Assembly: GCA_016927175.1 (NCBI GenBank)
Contig: JAFGNC010000373.1
Location: 1-33,967, forward strand
Direction: 5' to 3'
DNA length: 33,967 bases
DNA from: Gammaproteobacteria bacterium
GTDB taxonomy: Bacteria > Pseudomonadota > Gammaproteobacteria > Steroidobacterales > Rariloculaceae
Part shown: piece by piece, positions 1 through 10,794 of the stretch
Layout: the number at the start of each line of letters is the position of its first letter
Position numbering within the stretch: the first letter of the stretch is position 1
Made by a program: the position numbers and the translations under genes
Notes under the pieces: model-generated
Database searches by the model: none
Seen by the model: the letters and a program-made list of their open reading frames with translations, nothing else
What the model was told of the DNA's origin: nothing

Positions 1-1636
1 GCGGCGGCTCGAACGCTGCCACCCGCTCGGTGCGGAACGAGTCGCCGTGATCGATGCGGCGCACGGGCCGCGGGTCGGCCGGCACGGCTACGCCGGGGAT
101 TCGCGGAAATTCGAGCTCCCGAAGCGTCGTCAGCGTGCCGTCGGCGAGCCGCGGGCGGCGGCTCGGCGGCGGCTCCGCGCCGTCGGCGATCCATGCGTGC
201 ATGCGCAGGAGCAGCGCGCGCAGGAAACTGCTGTAGTCGTTCGGGTTGTACGGGTGGCGGCCGTCCCGCAGCGGCGGCGGGAAGCGCGCTGGCACGTGCT
301 GCGTGCCGGCGAACAGGTACGACCGCACGTCGGCGGGCAGCTCGAGGTCGCGCCGTCCGGCGGTGTCGACGTGCGTCAGTGCGGCCGAGCCCCTCCAGTA
401 CTCGTTCGACGAGTTCGTGTAGAAGATCTTCGGGCGGAAATTGCCGGGAATCCGGGACAGCAGCCCGTCACGCCGGCCGCCGTCGGCCTGCTCTTCGTCG
501 GCGAACGGAAACAGCGCGTTCGGGTAGAAGAAGCTCCAGCTCGCCCGCGAAGGCTGCGCGAAACGGTGGTTGAAGCTTCCGCGCGCGCCGCCGGCGATGT
601 GCGGCATCAGTCCGTCGAAGACGATCCGCTGCTGCTCATCCTCGTTGAAACCGTCGTACAGGAAGGTCCGGAGCAGCCGCCCGCTCTGCGAGATGCCGAA
701 GCCGATGGCCCGGCGCAGGTCTCCGGCTTCGAGGCCGAGCTCCGGCGCGTCCTCGTGCTTCAGGTAGGACACGGCGTCGCGGATCCCCGCCAGGCCGAGC
801 CCGGCGACCGGCGGTTCCTCGGACAGGTAGACCACTTCGTAGATCCGGTTCGGCTCGAAGCCGCCTTCGAGATGGACGTGGGTCGGGTCCTCGACGATGC
901 GGCCGCCTTCGCGCCGCGCGAACTGCCATTGCGCGCGGGGCACGACCTGCCGATCCCCGACCGGGTCGTCACGCACCGTCATCGAGTGCATTTCGCCTTC
1001 GGGGTCCGCGGCGGGGTAGGGGACCATGTTGCGGTCGCCGAGAGAGTGCGTGTCGGCGCGCGCGCGAACGACGAAGTCGCTGCGCACGAGTCCGGAGACG
1101 CCCGTCGCGGAGGGCACGTCGACTCGCAGCAGGTCGTCCTCCGGCGGGACGTCGAACTGCCAGCCGACCCACAGCAGCGTAAATCCGTTGCGCAGCAGGA
1201 AGCCGTCGCCCATTTCCGCCGCCGCGACCGGAGCCAGGCTGCCGGCTGCGCGGTTCAGCATCGTCAGCATTCCCTTGCCGCCCCGATTCGACACCTCGAA
1301 CAGCAGGGTGCCGTTGCCGCGCGCGGCGGCTGTCGGCTTCAGCAGATAGAAGTCGGCGCTGAACTCGACGCGTCCGGCGGCGTTGACCGGGGCGAGAGCG
1401 ACGTCGGCGACGGCGCGGTTCACACGTGAGGCCGGATCGATCTCGAAGTGGAGCCGGCCGGCAAGCGCCTCGTAGGCTCCGGCGAGGCCGTAGGCGGCGC
1501 CGCCGGCGACTTCGGTCCGCGTCTCGACGTCGATGCGGACGACGGCGGCGGCGGCCGTGCCGACGCCGAGGGCCGCGACCAGGAGTGCCTGGGCGATCAA
1601 CCGGGCTGCGTCCGCGCCTGCGCGAGGAACTGACAT
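1..1636 (-). CDS. Secreted alpha/beta-hydrolase-like protein of unknown function (partial; 3' end lies beyond window start)
   Basis: Not in the ORF track because there is no stop codon in the window. ATG is at 1636-1634 (plus strand '...ctgacatggcg'). Hand translation gives MSVPRAGADAARLIAQALLVAALGVGTAAAAVV... (signal-peptide-like). It stays open to position 1 with GC-rich third positions. It contains a nucleophile-elbow-like GFGISQSGRLLRTFLYDGFN and FYTNSSNEYW. The 460-aa + ORF 47..1429 is its Arg/Ala-rich shadow. Confidence 0.6.
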   Translation of the reverse strand, partial: MSVPRAGADAARLIAQALLVAALGVGTAAAAVVRIDVETRTEVAGGAAYGLAGAYEALAGRLHFEIDPASRVNRAVADVALAPVNAAGRVEFSADFYLLKPTAAARGNGTLLFEVSNRGGKGMLTMLNRAAGSLAPVAAAEMGDGFLLRNGFTLLWVGWQFDVPPEDDLLRVDVPSATGVSGLVRSDFVVRARADTHSLGDRNMVPYPAADPEGEMHSMTVRDDPVGDRQVVPRAQWQFARREGGRIVEDPTHVHLEGGFEPNRIYEVVYLSEEPPVAGLGLAGIRDAVSYLKHEDAPELGLEAGDLRRAIGFGISQSGRLLRTFLYDGFNEDEQQRIVFDGLMPHIAGGARGSFNHRFAQPSRASWSFFYPNALFPFADEEQADGGRRDGLLSRIPGNFRPKIFYTNSSNEYWRGSAALTHVDTAGRRDLELPADVRSYLFAGTQHVPARFPPPLRDGRHPYNPNDYSSFLRALLLRMHAWIADGAEPPPSRRPRLADGTLTTLRELEFPRIPGVAVPADPRPVRRIDHGDSFRTERVAAFEPP

Positions 1637-1767
1637 GGCGTCCGTTCGAGTCTTACCGCCGGGAATTCGGCGCCGATCGAGCATAAAGGGCGCGCGGATG
1701 CGCTGCAATCGCCGCCGCGCGGGCGGCGGCCGGCCGCTCCCGTCCTTCAATCCATCGTTCACTCCGT

Positions 1768-1773
1768 TAGAAT
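1768..1773 (+). promoter_or_regulatory. Candidate -10 element (TAGAAT) for glyA
   Basis: TAGAAT lies 60 nt upstream of the glyA ATG, with a weak -35-like TTCAAT (1746-1751) at 16-nt spacing. An identical TAGAATGG occurs upstream of pobA (5712-5719). Pattern match only. Confidence 0.25.
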
Positions 1774-1798
1774 GGGCGGCCTCTCTGGGCGGCCTCTC
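1774..1798 (+). repeat. Direct repeat GGGCGGCCTCTC x2 (13-nt period) in the glyA leader
   Basis: gggcggcctctc at 1774-1785 and again at 1787-1798, immediately downstream of the TAGAAT box. Confidence 0.5.
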
Positions 1799-1832
1799 CG
1801 TCGCCGAAAACGCAAGGATAGTGAGGAAACAC

Positions 1833-3086
1833 ATGTCGGACATGCCCGCTTTGGCAGCCGCGGACCCGGAAATCCATGAGCTGATTCTGCAGGAGACGCG
1901 CAGGCAGGACGAGTACATCCGCCTGATCCCGTCGGAAAACTATGCGTCCGAGGCCGTCATGGAGGCGACGGGTTCGATCCTGAACAACAAGTACTCCGAA
2001 GGCTATCCGGGGCGGCGTTACTACGAGGGGCAGGAATACATCGACCGCATCGAGACGATCGCGATCGAGCGGGCGAAGGCGCTGTTCGGCGTCTCGCACG
2101 CGAACGTGCAGCCGTATTCGGGCTCGCCGGCGAACCAGGCGGTTTACCTCGCGCTCGTGAAACCGGGCGAGACGGTCATGGGGCTCGGCCTGCCTTTCGG
2201 CGGCCATCTGACGCACGGCTGGGGCGTGAACTTCTCCGGGATCCACTACGACTCCGCGCAGTACGAGGTGGACCCGGAGACGCACCTCGTCGACCTCGAT
2301 CGGGTCGAGACGCTGGCGCGCAAGGTTCGCCCCAAGATGATCATGTGCGGCGGCACCGCTTATCCGCGGATATGGGACTTCGAGGGTTTCGCCCGCATCG
2401 CGGAGGCGGTCGGCGCGGTGCTGGTGGCCGACATCGCGCACATCGCCGGCCTCGTCGCGGCCGGCGCGCATCCGACGCCGTTCCCGCACGCGTCGATCGC
2501 CACGACGACGACTCACAAGACGCTGCGCGGCCCGCGCGGCGGCATGATCCTGTCGGACGGCACGCACGCAAAGGAGATCGATCGCGCCGTCTTCCCGGGG
2601 CTGCAGGGCGGCCCGCACAACCACACGACCGCCGCGATAGCGGTCGCGCTGCGCGAGGCTGCGACGGACGACTTCAAGCGCTATGCGCACCAGGTCGTCG
2701 CAAACGCGAAGGCGCTGGCCGAGAAGCTCAACGAGCGCGGCTTCAGGCTGGTCTCGGGCGGTACCGACAACCACCTGATCCTGATCGACGTGACGCCGCG
2801 CGGCATCAACGGCAAGCCGGCCGCGAAAGCGCTGCATGCGGCAGGCATCGAGTGCAACTACAACACCGTCCCGTTCGATCCCCGCAAGCCCTTCGATCCG
2901 AGCGGTATCAGGATCGGCACGCCGTCGATCACGTCGCGCGGCATGACGGAGAAGGAAATGCCGCAGATCGCCGACTGGATAGACCGCGCCGTATCGGTCG
3001 CGAACGACGAGCAGGCGCTCGTCAGGATCAGGCGGGAGATCGCGGAGTTCTGCCGCGGCTTTCCGGCGCCCGGCATCCGCGTCTGA
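1833..3086 (+). CDS. glyA: Serine hydroxymethyltransferase
   Basis: MSDMPALAAADPEIHELILQETRRQDEYIRLIPSENYASEAVMEATGSILNNKYSEGYPGRRYYEGQEYID... and TTTHKTLRGPRGG (PLP-Lys region) are classic SHMT sequence. ATG 1833 is preceded by GTGAGGA (1821-1827). The 1533 start in the track adds a non-homologous Arg/Ala-rich extension. Confidence 0.95.
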   Translation: MSDMPALAAADPEIHELILQETRRQDEYIRLIPSENYASEAVMEATGSILNNKYSEGYPGRRYYEGQEYIDRIETIAIERAKALFGVSHANVQPYSGSPANQAVYLALVKPGETVMGLGLPFGGHLTHGWGVNFSGIHYDSAQYEVDPETHLVDLDRVETLARKVRPKMIMCGGTAYPRIWDFEGFARIAEAVGAVLVADIAHIAGLVAAGAHPTPFPHASIATTTTHKTLRGPRGGMILSDGTHAKEIDRAVFPGLQGGPHNHTTAAIAVALREAATDDFKRYAHQVVANAKALAEKLNERGFRLVSGGTDNHLILIDVTPRGINGKPAAKALHAAGIECNYNTVPFDPRKPFDPSGIRIGTPSITSRGMTEKEMPQIADWIDRAVSVANDEQALVRIRREIAEFCRGFPAPGIRV

Positions 3087-3148
3087 CACGCGCGGCCGGC
3101 AGCAGATTTCCGGCGCGGCCGGCCCGGCCGGCCGACGGCCGGGAAACG

Positions 3149-3180
3149 AAAAAAAAGGCCGTCCGAATCCGGACGGCCCC
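3149..3180 (-). terminator. Rho-independent terminator (minus strand for the yceI-like gene; hairpin may also serve glyA)
   Basis: Stem ggccgtccg (3157-3165) / cggacggcc (3170-3178) with loop aatc. It is flanked by an A8 run (3149-3156), which is a U-run on the minus strand. It lies between convergent stops at 3086 and 3205. Confidence 0.8.
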
Positions 3181-3204
3181 TGGTTCTCCCCGCGGGGGAA
3201 GCGC

Positions 3205-3762
3205 TTACTGGGTCAGGTTCAGATCCACCTGAACGTCGACGTCCTGGCCGATCCAGCTCGTGTCGTTCCAGCCCTGGCCGACGTCGTAGTCGAAACGGTT
3301 GACCGTGAACGTGCCGGCGAACTGCGCCTCGGAGCCGCTCGTGTCGAACGTGAACCGCATCGTGGCCGGGTTCGTCTTACCCTTGATCGTGAGCTGGCCG
3401 TTCGCGACATAGGCGCCGTCCTCGGCCTCCTCGATGCTCTCGGACTCGAAGCGAGCCTCGGGGTACTCGCGCGTGTTGAACCAGTCCGCGTCCGTCAGCG
3501 CCGCATCACGGTCGTGATCTCGCGTGTTCACCGATTCGGTCTGCACGACGCCGACGATGCTGCCGCTCGACGGGTCCGCCGGATCGAAATCTATCGTGGC
3601 TTCGAATTCCTCGAACGCGCCGTTGAAGCGCGTGCCCTGCTGCACTGCGCTGAATTTCACGGCGCTCGAATCTTCCACGACGTTCCACTCCGCAGCCCAT
3701 GCGCTGCCGACCAGCGTCATGCCTGCGCAGGCGGTGAGGAGTGCTCCAACGCGTATCTTCAT
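3205..3762 (-). CDS. YceI-family periplasmic polyisoprenoid-binding protein
   Basis: Signal peptide MKIRVGALLTACAGMTLVGSAWA. YceI-like pattern: SSAVKFSAVQQGTRFNGAFEEFEATIDFDPADP, NTRDHDRDAALTDADWFNTREYPEARFES, LTIKGKTNP. Confidence 0.85.
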   Translation of the reverse strand: MKIRVGALLTACAGMTLVGSAWAAEWNVVEDSSAVKFSAVQQGTRFNGAFEEFEATIDFDPADPSSGSIVGVVQTESVNTRDHDRDAALTDADWFNTREYPEARFESESIEEAEDGAYVANGQLTIKGKTNPATMRFTFDTSGSEAQFAGTFTVNRFDYDVGQGWNDTSWIGQDVDVQVDLNLTQ

Positions 3763-3925
3763 GATCTGACCATCCTGTCTCGAATGTGTGCTGGAAACAT
3801 TGTATCGGCAGTCGCTTCGAGCGCAACGGCGATTTTCGCCGGATTTTCACGCTGCGTTCAGCAAGCGGGCCGAGCGAAAAGCCTTGTGCCGCGGGGGCTT
3901 GGCGGGGGCGGAGCAACGGGGCCCG

Positions 3926-4912
3926 CTACCCCAGCCGCTCCCTGTCGTGCGGCTGGTCGAAGTCGATCAGCGGCCCTTTCGGCACGATGCCGAGGGGGTT
4001 GCGCAGCTCGCTGAGCGAGAAGTAGCCCTGCTTGTACAGATCGAAGAACACCGTGTCGCGGACGTTTTCCGTCTGGTACAGGTCGCGCGCATACGGCCAC
4101 AGATGCTCGTAATCCGACAGACGGCGAAGGTTGCACTTGAACGCATAGTGATAAGCGACGTCGAAACGGACGAGCGTCGGGAACAGCCGCCAGTCCGCTT
4201 CCGTCTGCTCCGATCCGCACAGGTAGCGCCGGTCCGCCAGACGCCGGTCGAGAAAGTCGAGCGTCTCGAAGACCTGATCGAAGGCTTCCTCGTACGCCTC
4301 CTGCGTCAGCGCGAAGCCGGCACGGTAGACGCCGTTGTTCAGCCCTTCGTAGATGCGCTCGTTCAGCGCGTCGATCTCCGGGCGCAGAGGCTCCGGGTAG
4401 TAGTCGCCCGGCCGCGCGCCGGCATCGTCGAACGCGCTGTTCAGCATCCGGATGATGTCCGCCGATTCGTTCGACACGATGCGCGCGCTCTTTCGGTCGT
4501 AAAGCGTCGGTACCGTGACGCGGCCGGTGTAGCCGGGGTGGCCGTCAGCGTACACCTCCCACAGCGCGCTCTTGCCGAGACAGGTGTCGGCGTAGTCGGG
4601 CGTCGCGTTGTCGAACACCCAGCCCTGCTCGGTGCGGCGCGGTGCCGCGAATGAGACGGAGATCCGATCCTCCAGCCCCTTCAGCACGCGGAAGATCAGC
4701 GTCCGGTGCGCCCACGGGCAGCCGAAAGCAACGTAGAGGTGATAGCGGCCTGCCTCCGCCTTGAAGCCGCCGTCGCCGGTGGGACCCGGCGATCCGTCGG
4801 GCGTGATCCAGTGCCGGATGACGGAAGGGGAGCGCTCGAAGCGTCCTTCACGGTACCTCAGCGACGCAAGCTCTTCATCGGTCGTCCAGCGACCGTCGAT
4901 CATCGTTCCCAT
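3926..4912 (-). CDS. yqjG: Glutathionyl-hydroquinone reductase (Xi-class GST, YqjG/PcpF/ECM4 family)
   Basis: Near-colinear with E. coli YqjG as I recall it: MGTMIDGRW..., GRYHLYVAFGCPWAHRTLI (CPWA active site), GRVTVPTLYDRK...IVSNESADIIRM, NNGVYRAGFALTQEAYEEA, LTEADWRLFPTLVRFD. Confidence 0.9.
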   Translation of the reverse strand: MGTMIDGRWTTDEELASLRYREGRFERSPSVIRHWITPDGSPGPTGDGGFKAEAGRYHLYVAFGCPWAHRTLIFRVLKGLEDRISVSFAAPRRTEQGWVFDNATPDYADTCLGKSALWEVYADGHPGYTGRVTVPTLYDRKSARIVSNESADIIRMLNSAFDDAGARPGDYYPEPLRPEIDALNERIYEGLNNGVYRAGFALTQEAYEEAFDQVFETLDFLDRRLADRRYLCGSEQTEADWRLFPTLVRFDVAYHYAFKCNLRRLSDYEHLWPYARDLYQTENVRDTVFFDLYKQGYFSLSELRNPLGIVPKGPLIDFDQPHDRERLG

Positions 4913-4934
4913 AGTCTCGAAACCGCTGTCGGCG

Positions 4935-5633
4935 CTACTCGCGCGACATGAACAGGCTGAGCACGTACCAGAACATCAGGGCGATCGACGCGAACAGCTC
5001 GAGCGAGGCCGCGACGTAGCGGTCTTCCGGATAGTGGTGCAGCACGTTCGACGTGTCGTACAGGATCGCCGCGCCCGCGAACGCGATCATCGCAGTCGAG
5101 AACCAGGTGCCCATGTGGAAACCGAAGATCACGCTCGCCACGATCGCGATCAGCGCCAGGATGCCGCCCCACATCAGCAGTCCGCGCAGGAACGAGAAGT
5201 CCTTGCGCGTCAGGAACGCGACGGCCGTCAGCCCGGCCGTGCCGAGCAGCGTGACGCCGGCCGCGCTTTCGATGATCGCCGGCTGCAGGCTGACGGCCAG
5301 GTACAGCAGCGGCACGAAGATAACAGCTTCGGCGACGACGAAGCCGGCCAGCGCCGCATACTGCAGAGGCTTCGAATCGACGCGGTGCGCGACATGGCTC
5401 GCGATCCAGCCGACGATCATGAACGCGCCGAGAATCAGCAGCCAGTTGAAGCCGAGCAGCGCCTGCGCGATCTGCTGCCCGAGGCCGGAGTCGAAAAGCC
5501 AGCTTTCGATCGCGCCGAAGCCGAGGATGGCGCCGGCAAGGTGCATATAGGTGCGCTTGATGAACGTCGACCTCGCTTCGGTGTCGAGCGAGGAGACTGG
5601 CGTGCCGACGCGTAGGGCTTGAGCTTGCTGCAT
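4935..5633 (-). CDS. Bax inhibitor-1/YccA family inner-membrane protein
   Basis: From the internal ATG at 5633: MQQAQALRVGTPVSSLDTEARSTFIKRTYMHLAGAILGF..., followed by about 7 hydrophobic spans and ...ILYDTSNVLHHY... The part of the track ORF upstream of 5633 (to 6698) is antisense to pobA. A 22-nt gap to yqjG suggests co-transcription. Confidence 0.85.
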   Translation of the reverse strand: MQQAQALRVGTPVSSLDTEARSTFIKRTYMHLAGAILGFGAIESWLFDSGLGQQIAQALLGFNWLLILGAFMIVGWIASHVAHRVDSKPLQYAALAGFVVAEAVIFVPLLYLAVSLQPAIIESAAGVTLLGTAGLTAVAFLTRKDFSFLRGLLMWGGILALIAIVASVIFGFHMGTWFSTAMIAFAGAAILYDTSNVLHHYPEDRYVAASLELFASIALMFWYVLSLFMSRE

Positions 5634-5714
5634 CGCGGGACTCCGGAACGTTGAACGGAATCCGATTCTAGCACTCGCGGCCGGTCGTCCGTCGCCGGCG
5701 CCGCGCTGCGCTAG

Positions 5715-7958
<2,244 letters not shown>

Positions 7959-7983
<25 letters not shown>

Positions 7984-8468
7984 TTTTCGACGGAATGCGG
8001 GCCGTGGATCGTCTGCAGGACGAGCACGCCTACGCCGTCCGTCGAGCGGAAGCGATACGCGGCGCCTTTCGGCAACAGCGCCTGGTGGCCCCGCCTGAGC
8101 TTCATCAGCCCCATGCGTCGGCCCTGCGGCGGGGCTTCGAGGCGAATCGAGCCTTCGATGTGGGCCGGCGCGATCCGCTCGGGATCGTCCAGCTTGACGA
8201 GGTCGATCTCCACGGAGCCGTCCATGACGATCACGGACTCGTCATGGGATGCGGTGAACCAGTCGGAGGTCCCTTCCGCCCGCAGCGTTTCGATCACGTA
8301 GCGCAGGTTCTTGCCTACCACGACCTTCTCGTACGGCTTCGCCAGCGATGCCACTTCGAAGACGTTCGAGAACGCGTAGTGCCTGCGGTCGTCGTCGATG
8401 ACCTCGATCCCGCCCTTGACGTAGCTGTCCAGGCTGCCGAAAACCGTTTTCGTGTCCGTGAAGCTCAT
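7959..8468 (-). CDS. Cupin-type dioxygenase small subunit, resembling hydroquinone 1,2-dioxygenase alpha subunit (HapC/PnpC/HqdA-like)
   Basis: 169 aa, MSFTDTKTVFGSLDSYVKGG..., with a single cupin-like core HDESVIVMDGSVEIDL ... RRGHQALLPKGAAYRFRS. It is translationally linked to the 346-aa ORF. Confidence 0.55.
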
Positions 8469-8620
8469 CGGCCCGAAGCGTTCCGCTTGTCCCCGTCAGT
8501 ATACTTGCCGCGCTCCGGTAATGCCGCAGAGGCATAGCCGCTCCGCAAAAAGCATTGGCCGGTGTTGCGGCCGGTGTGGCAAAAGATGACTGCAACGGCC
8601 TGCAAGAAGCCGGAGGGGGA

Positions 8621-9178
8621 GTGGCAGTCGCAGAGACCGCAGCATGGTTTCCGACGTCCGGGCACGGGAGCGGTGAGTTCGTTGCCGCTCTTTTTCGTCG
8701 CCACCGGAAGGCGCTGCTGTGGTATCTGAAGGAGCTCGTCGGATCCCCCGACGAGGCGGAGGACATCCTGCAGGAGGCATTCCTCCGTTTGCTGAGAACC
8801 GCGAAACTCGACGAGGACCTGGTGCGCGCTCGCAATTACCTGTTCAAGACCGCGACGAACATCGCGCGCGACGGCTACCGGCGCAGGCAGTCGCGCCGCG
8901 ACCACCTGCACGTCGCCGTGGAATCGGTAGAGGTCGCGGCCGGCGGTCACGATTTCGGCAGGATGCTCGACGCGCAGCGGGGCGCCTGCGTTCTGCACGC
9001 AGCGCTGAAGGATCTTCTGCCGAGGACGCGCACGGCCTTTCTGCTACATTGGCGTGAGGAAATGACGTACGGCGAGATCGCCGCGGAGCTCGGCGTCAGC
9101 AGGAAAACCATCGAGCGCGATGTCGCGCTGACGCTCGAGGTGTGCCGGTCGCGCATGCAGGAGGGGCGCCATGCTTGA
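8621..9178 (+). CDS. ECF-family RNA polymerase sigma-70 factor
   Basis: Region 2: FVAALFRRHRKALLWYLKELVGSPDEAEDILQEAFLRLL...YLFKTATNIARDGYRRR. Region 4 HTH: LPRTRTAFLLHWREEMTYGEIAAELGVSRKTIERDVALTL. I prefer the GTG 8621 start, 4 nt after GGAGG (8612-8616). The track start is TTG 8555. Confidence 0.85.
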   Translation: MAVAETAAWFPTSGHGSGEFVAALFRRHRKALLWYLKELVGSPDEAEDILQEAFLRLLRTAKLDEDLVRARNYLFKTATNIARDGYRRRQSRRDHLHVAVESVEVAAGGHDFGRMLDAQRGACVLHAALKDLLPRTRTAFLLHWREEMTYGEIAAELGVSRKTIERDVALTLEVCRSRMQEGRHA

Positions 9179-10013
9179 GTTTCTCGGCCGCTTCGCGGCG
9201 GCCGCGGCGATCGCCGCGTGGGCGTTCGCGCCGACCGCGGAGGCACAGCTGAATCTGGTCGGATACTGGAATCCGATTTTTCACGAGGACATCGACGAGC
9301 GGATCCCGGGGCCGTCGGTCGGCGATTTTGCAGGGCTGCCGATCAACGACGCCGCGCGGCTGCGCGCGCAGAGCTGGGACGCATCCCTGCTGTCGATGCC
9401 GGAGCATCAGTGCAAGCCGCACCCGTCGACGTATGGTTTCCGCGGTGTCGGGGTGCTTCGTATCTGGGAGGACCGGGACGAGGACACGCAGCAGCTGATC
9501 AGGATCAACACGCACATCGCGTGGCAGGAGCAGCACCGCGAGATCTGGATGGACGGCCGCGAGCATCCGCCTGCGCATGCGCCGCACACATGGCAGGGGT
9601 TCTCGACGGGTCATTACGAGGGCGACACGCTGGTCGTGCGCACGACGCACCTGAAAGCCGGCTGGGTCCGCCGCAACGGCCTGCCGCTCAGCGATCGCGC
9701 GACGATGACCGACCGCTTCCACCGTTACGGCGACGTGCTGACCCACGTCATGATCGTCGAGGACCCGGTCTATCTGACCGAGCCGCTGGTCAAGACGAAC
9801 GGCTTTCTGCTGTCGCCGAACGGCACTATGACGCCTTACCCGTGCGAGCCCGTCATGGAGGTGCTGCGCGAGCCGGGCGACGTCCCGCACTACCTGCCGG
9901 GGCAGAATCCTTTCATCCGCGAGTTCGCCGAGGAGCACGGCCTGCCGTTCGAAGCGACGCAGGGCGGTGCGGAGACGGCGCTGCCGGAATACATGGAGCA
10001 GCTTCGTGACTGA
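9171..10013 (+). CDS. Secreted protein of unknown function, paralog A of a 4-member family in this window
   Basis: ATG overlaps the sigma stop (ATGCTTGA). Signal peptide MLEFLGRFAAAAAIAAWAFAPTAEA|Q. Shared C-terminal module: WQGFSTGHYEGDTLVVRTTHLKAGWVRRNGLPLSDRATMTDRF...VEDPVYLTEP...PYPCEP. Confidence 0.8.
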   Translation: MLEFLGRFAAAAAIAAWAFAPTAEAQLNLVGYWNPIFHEDIDERIPGPSVGDFAGLPINDAARLRAQSWDASLLSMPEHQCKPHPSTYGFRGVGVLRIWEDRDEDTQQLIRINTHIAWQEQHREIWMDGREHPPAHAPHTWQGFSTGHYEGDTLVVRTTHLKAGWVRRNGLPLSDRATMTDRFHRYGDVLTHVMIVEDPVYLTEPLVKTNGFLLSPNGTMTPYPCEPVMEVLREPGDVPHYLPGQNPFIREFAEEHGLPFEATQGGAETALPEYMEQLRD

Positions 10014-10794
10014 TCGCACTCGACTCGGAGCGCTGGTCGCGGCAGCGGCCCTCGGTGCGTTGCTGACCGGCGCGGCGCCTGCCCTCGCGCAGCGTTTCGG
10101 GCCGCAGCCGCCTCCGCCCGGACCGCCGAGAGAGTCGGCGCCGATCGACCTGACCGGTCAGTGGGTCGCCGTCGTCAACGAGGATTGGCGCTGGCGCATG
10201 GTGACGCCGCCGAAAGGCGATTACGCGAGCGTGCCGCTGAACCCGGAAGGGCGCAGGGTCGCCGACACGTGGGAGCCGTCACGGGACGGCGCCTGCGAGG
10301 CTTACGGCGCGGCGGCTCTGCTGCGCATGCCGACGCGCGTGCGCATCGAGTGGCAGGACGAGGACACGCTGCGGCTTCAGACGGACGCCGGTGCGCAGAC
10401 GCGTCTTCTCGAATTCACGCCGCCCGAGGACGAGCGGCCGCGCTCGCTGCAGGGCACTTCCGTGGCGGAGTGGATCAGGCCGGCGCCGCCGCCCGGCGGC
10501 CCGGGGCTCGCCGGGGCCGGCGGCGGCGCCTCGAGCGGCGGTGGCCATCTCGCTGTCACGACGACGGACCTGCTGCCGGGCTGGCTGCGCCGCAACGGCG
10601 TGCCTTACAGCCAGGACGCGGTCGTGACGGAGTACTTCGATCGGTTCGCGGCTCCGAACGGCGACGAGTGGCTGATGGTCACGACGATCGTCGACGATCC
10701 GGCCTACCTGAACACGCGTTACGTCACGAGCTCTCACTTCAAGCGGGAAGACGATGATTCGAAGTGGAATCCGGTGCCCTGTCGTGCGCGGTGA
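10006..10794 (+). CDS. Secreted protein of unknown function, paralog B (contains a Gly/Pro-rich insert)
   Basis: GTG 10006 overlaps the stop of A (GTGACTGA) and gives VTDRTRLGALVAAAALGALLTGAAPALA|Q. Clear similarity to A: LLPGWLRRNGVPYSQDAVVTEYF / LKAGWVRRNGLPLSDRATMTDRF, VDDPAYLN / VEDPVYLT, PVPC / PYPC. The track start at 9967 adds an Arg-rich extension. Confidence 0.75.
   Translation: MTDRTRLGALVAAAALGALLTGAAPALAQRFGPQPPPPGPPRESAPIDLTGQWVAVVNEDWRWRMVTPPKGDYASVPLNPEGRRVADTWEPSRDGACEAYGAAALLRMPTRVRIEWQDEDTLRLQTDAGAQTRLLEFTPPEDERPRSLQGTSVAEWIRPAPPPGGPGLAGAGGGASSGGGHLAVTTTDLLPGWLRRNGVPYSQDAVVTEYFDRFAAPNGDEWLMVTTIVDDPAYLNTRYVTSSHFKREDDDSKWNPVPCRAR

Noticed and set aside
47-1429. 460-aa + strand ORF (and nested ORFs 54..236, 193..573, 1026..1349)
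   Set aside because: Arg/Ala/Val/Gly-dominated low-complexity translation with no recognisable motifs. It lies exactly antisense to a well-behaved minus-strand gene (ATG 1636) that has a signal peptide and an alpha/beta-hydrolase-like elbow. This is a typical GC-rich shadow ORF.
1533-1832. N-terminal extensions implied by track ORF starts. These are glyA from 1533, BI-1 from 6698, HpaB from 12495, PQQ-DH from 16747, paralog C from 16443 and paralog D from 18943. Also NUDIX from 20355, P450 from 21990, metX from 22667, NAT from 26448, the monooxygenase from 28845 and the aminotransferase from 31813.
   Set aside because: The extensions overlap neighbouring genes or are Arg-rich non-homologous sequence. 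Internal ATG/GTG starts with SD-like sequences give N-termini that match the respective families.
1637-1832. ZTP (pfl) or other folate-related riboswitch in the glyA leader
   Set aside because: I could not find the conserved CCGCCUGGGC 3' sub-domain or the GGGUCGUGACUGGCG-like 5' sub-domain. Only a simple direct repeat is present.
8469-8620. Shared GCAAC -35-like element upstream of the sigma gene, PQQ-DH/paralog C and the P450 operon as an ECF promoter
   Set aside because: A 5-mer picked post hoc. The downstream -10 regions show no common motif, and in the 16.5-kb region the match is explained by the CAGCAAC/GTTGCTG inverted repeat.
9171-10013. Secreted paralog A as the cognate anti-sigma factor of the upstream ECF sigma
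   Set aside because: The N-terminus is a plain cleavable signal peptide (AEA|Q) with no cytoplasmic domain, zinc-finger HxxxCxxC or FecR-like region. It therefore cannot contact a cytoplasmic sigma in the usual way. The anomaly is reported as a finding instead.
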